A DNA stretch of 64,000 bases, taken from the NCBI RefSeq assembly GCF_046119375.1, contig NW_027362767.1, positions 137,206,001 through 137,270,000 of the forward strand, given 5' to 3'. The translations under genes and the position numbers were made by a program. Below are positions 57,069-64,000 of the stretch, piece by piece. Below the pieces are notes generated by a model that was not told where the DNA came from, did no database searches, and was given only the letters and a program-made list of their open reading frames with translations. This DNA comes from Phyllobates terribilis. Its lineage: Eukaryota. Each line of letters starts with the position of its first letter. Within the stretch, counting starts at the first letter, position 1.

Positions 57069-57105
57069 CGCTCATATATATCAGTTATCAGCATCTGACC
57101 TTCTC

Positions 57106-61533
<4,428 letters not shown>

Positions 61534-61984
61534 ATCCCGCGCCGCTCGCCTCGCACAATTTCCTTTCTCTCGTTTGTCCGTTCTGTTTTAGTTTTTACTA
61601 GTTGAGGCGACTTTATTCTACGCCTCATCCATGGGGATTGCAGCAGACCAGACGACGGGGGCGTAGTACAGGTCACAATGTCATGGGAGGGTAGGAGCTG
61701 GGCCCATGGGGGTCTCTGGAGGGTTGGGTGGGGTGTAAAACTTTTATTTTGCCACTTTTTATTTGTGGTGGGGGGGGGGGGGTAAATTTTGTATGATGTC
61801 TGAGGCTGCGTGTTCTTAATAAAGTTTCCTCGTGAGCACATCACAGGCGTCTCCATAACTTTATTCCCACTTTGTAAGACCTCTGCTTGCTGTCAGTGAA
61901 TGGAGCGCTCTTGGTTACATCCAAGCTCTGAAAACCACATGAATTTTGGCACGATCTTTGACATCATATAAACATTAAGAACAT

Positions 61985-63142
61985 GGAAGAGGCCAGTAGC
62001 CATTTTCTGAGCTGCATTGCATGCTACACGTTCAGACCAGTGGAAAAGCCAAACTTCACTTGCCAGAAATGCAGCTTGTGTCCCTGTTGGAGGAAAAGTT
62101 GCAAAGTCTAGAAGAGAGGTTAACTACCTTGAAAATTATTAAGGAAGGTGAGGAATTGTTAGAGCAGAAGTATCCCTTCAGAATACAGAAGAAGATATTT
62201 GTAATGCCCCTGAAGAAACAGAGGAATGGATGCATGTGACCCGGAGGATCGGAGGCAGACAGCACCCAGACTACTCAGGGATTAGTACAGGGCTTTCACG
62301 CAGGTGAACGATGATCAAATACATTAAGATAAGACTTTGAGTGCTTACAAGGTTGTCCTTTGTGGGCAGAGTCCTCTTGAATGGAGAAAGAAGAAGAAAT
62401 GGAGAGTGTTGGTCATGGGGGATTCCCTGGTGAGAGGAACAGGCCGCTATCTGCAGACCAGACATAACCTCAAGAGAAATGTGCTGTCTTCCAGGGGAAG
62501 AAAAACAAAGATGTGTCTGACAGGATATCAGGACTCTTTAGACCTACAGATGACTACCCATTCCTGCTAATACATGTGGGGACAAATGACACCGCAAGAA
62601 AGGACCTGGAAACCATCTGCAGTGACTTTAAAGACTTAGGCAAAATAGTGAAAGAACTGTGAGCGCAGGTGGTCTTCTCATCCATCCTCCCAGCGGATGG
62701 CCATGGAACAAGGAGGTGGAACAAGTTTCTACAGGTAAAGAACTGGCTACGTCCATGGTGCCGTCAGCAAGGATTTGGACTTGTGGATCACGGAGTGAAT
62801 TACCTGTACGATGGACTACTTGCTACAGATGGGCTTCTCCAAGACTGGAAAACACATATTTTGAAGTCCCCTTGCTACACTCATCAGGAGATGAGAACAT
62901 TGTGGGAAGGGAAGCAAAAGGCTAGGGAAAGCCATACAGCGAACACATACTATTGAGAGCTCTGCTATTAGGAGTGGAAAGGAAGAACAAAGACAGAAAA
63001 GTCAGAATAATAAAAATATTGGAGAAAGAGAAAACGATCACAAGCTAAGATTTCTATACAAATGCACAGAGCATGGGCAACAAACAAGGAGAACTGGAGC
63101 TACTAACGCAGGAATGGAAATATGATGTCATTGGAATCACTT
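61985..63142 (+). mobile_element. Degenerate CR1-type LINE 5' fragment: ORF1 with SGNH esterase domain and the start of the ORF2 endonuclease
   Basis: LVSLLEEKLQSLEERL, RVLVMGDSLVRGT, LLIHVGTNDTARKD and VVFSSILP, then KLRFLY/NAQSMGNKQGELELL...YDVIGIT*. Several frameshifts. Confidence 0.88.
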
Positions 63143-63674
63143 AATAGGCAGAAAAAGAACGTGTATTTATGCAGTGATCACCAAAATAATAAGCGAAGGG
63201 AGATATATGAATAATAATGAATACCCTGAATATAAAGTACATCAATTAATTTTATTTTTATTGAGATATAATCAGACACAAGTTAAGGACATACCAACAA
63301 ATTTAAAACACCATTAAAAAAGTGGAATGAACCACTATATAAGGAGCCAGCTACTAAAGAAACCTTCCCATGATATTAAAGAATGCAGTGCAAAAAGTGC
63401 ACATAATCCAGTCAAACCGCACAGGCTGTATAGAATATCTGTAGTGGTCAATAGTTGCACAAGCCCTATATTGCACACATCTAAGGCAATCCCCATATGC
63501 CTGGGTGCCACTGAGGTCCCAGCTTCACCTTCCAGAGCACATGCTGTTTTGATTTAAGTATATTTATTTAGGGTCATGTTGTGGGTCTAGATTGTCATAT
63601 TGTGCGGGGAGCCACTTTTTCTGCCTTTATAGTCATGGTGACTTATTAACTGTTTGCAGATATTCATTTTTTGG

Positions 63675-64000
63675 TATATTGTTGGCTTACTGAATAATTA
63701 TTGTTTATATCCTGATTACTCCAACTATATATATATGTGTATTATACCATTGGCCTGGCACCCAGGCATATGGGGATTGAGTTAAAATCTTTACTCATTT
63801 TTGATCATGCAAACACAGTGTGCTATGTATCATTCCTTGTCTTGGATATGTGCAATATAGGGCTTGTGCAATTATTGACCATTACAGATATTCTATACAG
63901 CCTGTGTATATTGTTGGCTTATTGAATAATTATTGTCTATACCCTGATTATTCCAACTATATATGTGTATTATGCCATTGGCCTGGCACCCAGGCATATA
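63675..64000. repeat. AT-rich ~232-bp direct repeat running off the window end
   Basis: tatattgttggctta...cattggcctggcacccaggcatat starts at 63675 and again at 63907. Confidence 0.8.

Noticed and set aside
61534-64000. GNRHR2 antisense to the RBM8A 3' end, as in mammals
   Set aside because: No GPCR-like sequence seen; the region holds the 3' UTR and a CR1 fragment.

Overview
Vertebrate genomic DNA, most likely from an anuran (frog); the species assignment is inference from repeat content. About 40-45% of the window is intronic or intergenic minisatellite. Five spliced genes can be built from canonical GT-AG sites: a RERG/RERGL-like small GTPase (+, 9798-11092), a perilipin (-, at least 35570-40729), PEX11B (-, 44357-50132), LIX1L (+, 50734-53031) and RBM8A (+, 57247-61533). 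Mobile DNA includes a 3'-truncated Ty3/Gypsy element, a Gmr1-type Gypsy fragment, two Tc1 relics, a Harbinger-type MITE, a CR1 LINE 5' fragment and two large palindromes resembling Penelope-like pseudo-LTRs. The main finding is an apparently intact perilipin lying in tandem just downstream of PEX11B. This mirrors the PEX11A-PLIN1 pair and suggests an orthologue of plin6, the xanthophore carotenoid-droplet perilipin described as teleost-specific. Its 3' end is unresolved. No database search was possible, so all family calls come from recognised motifs and exon structure.
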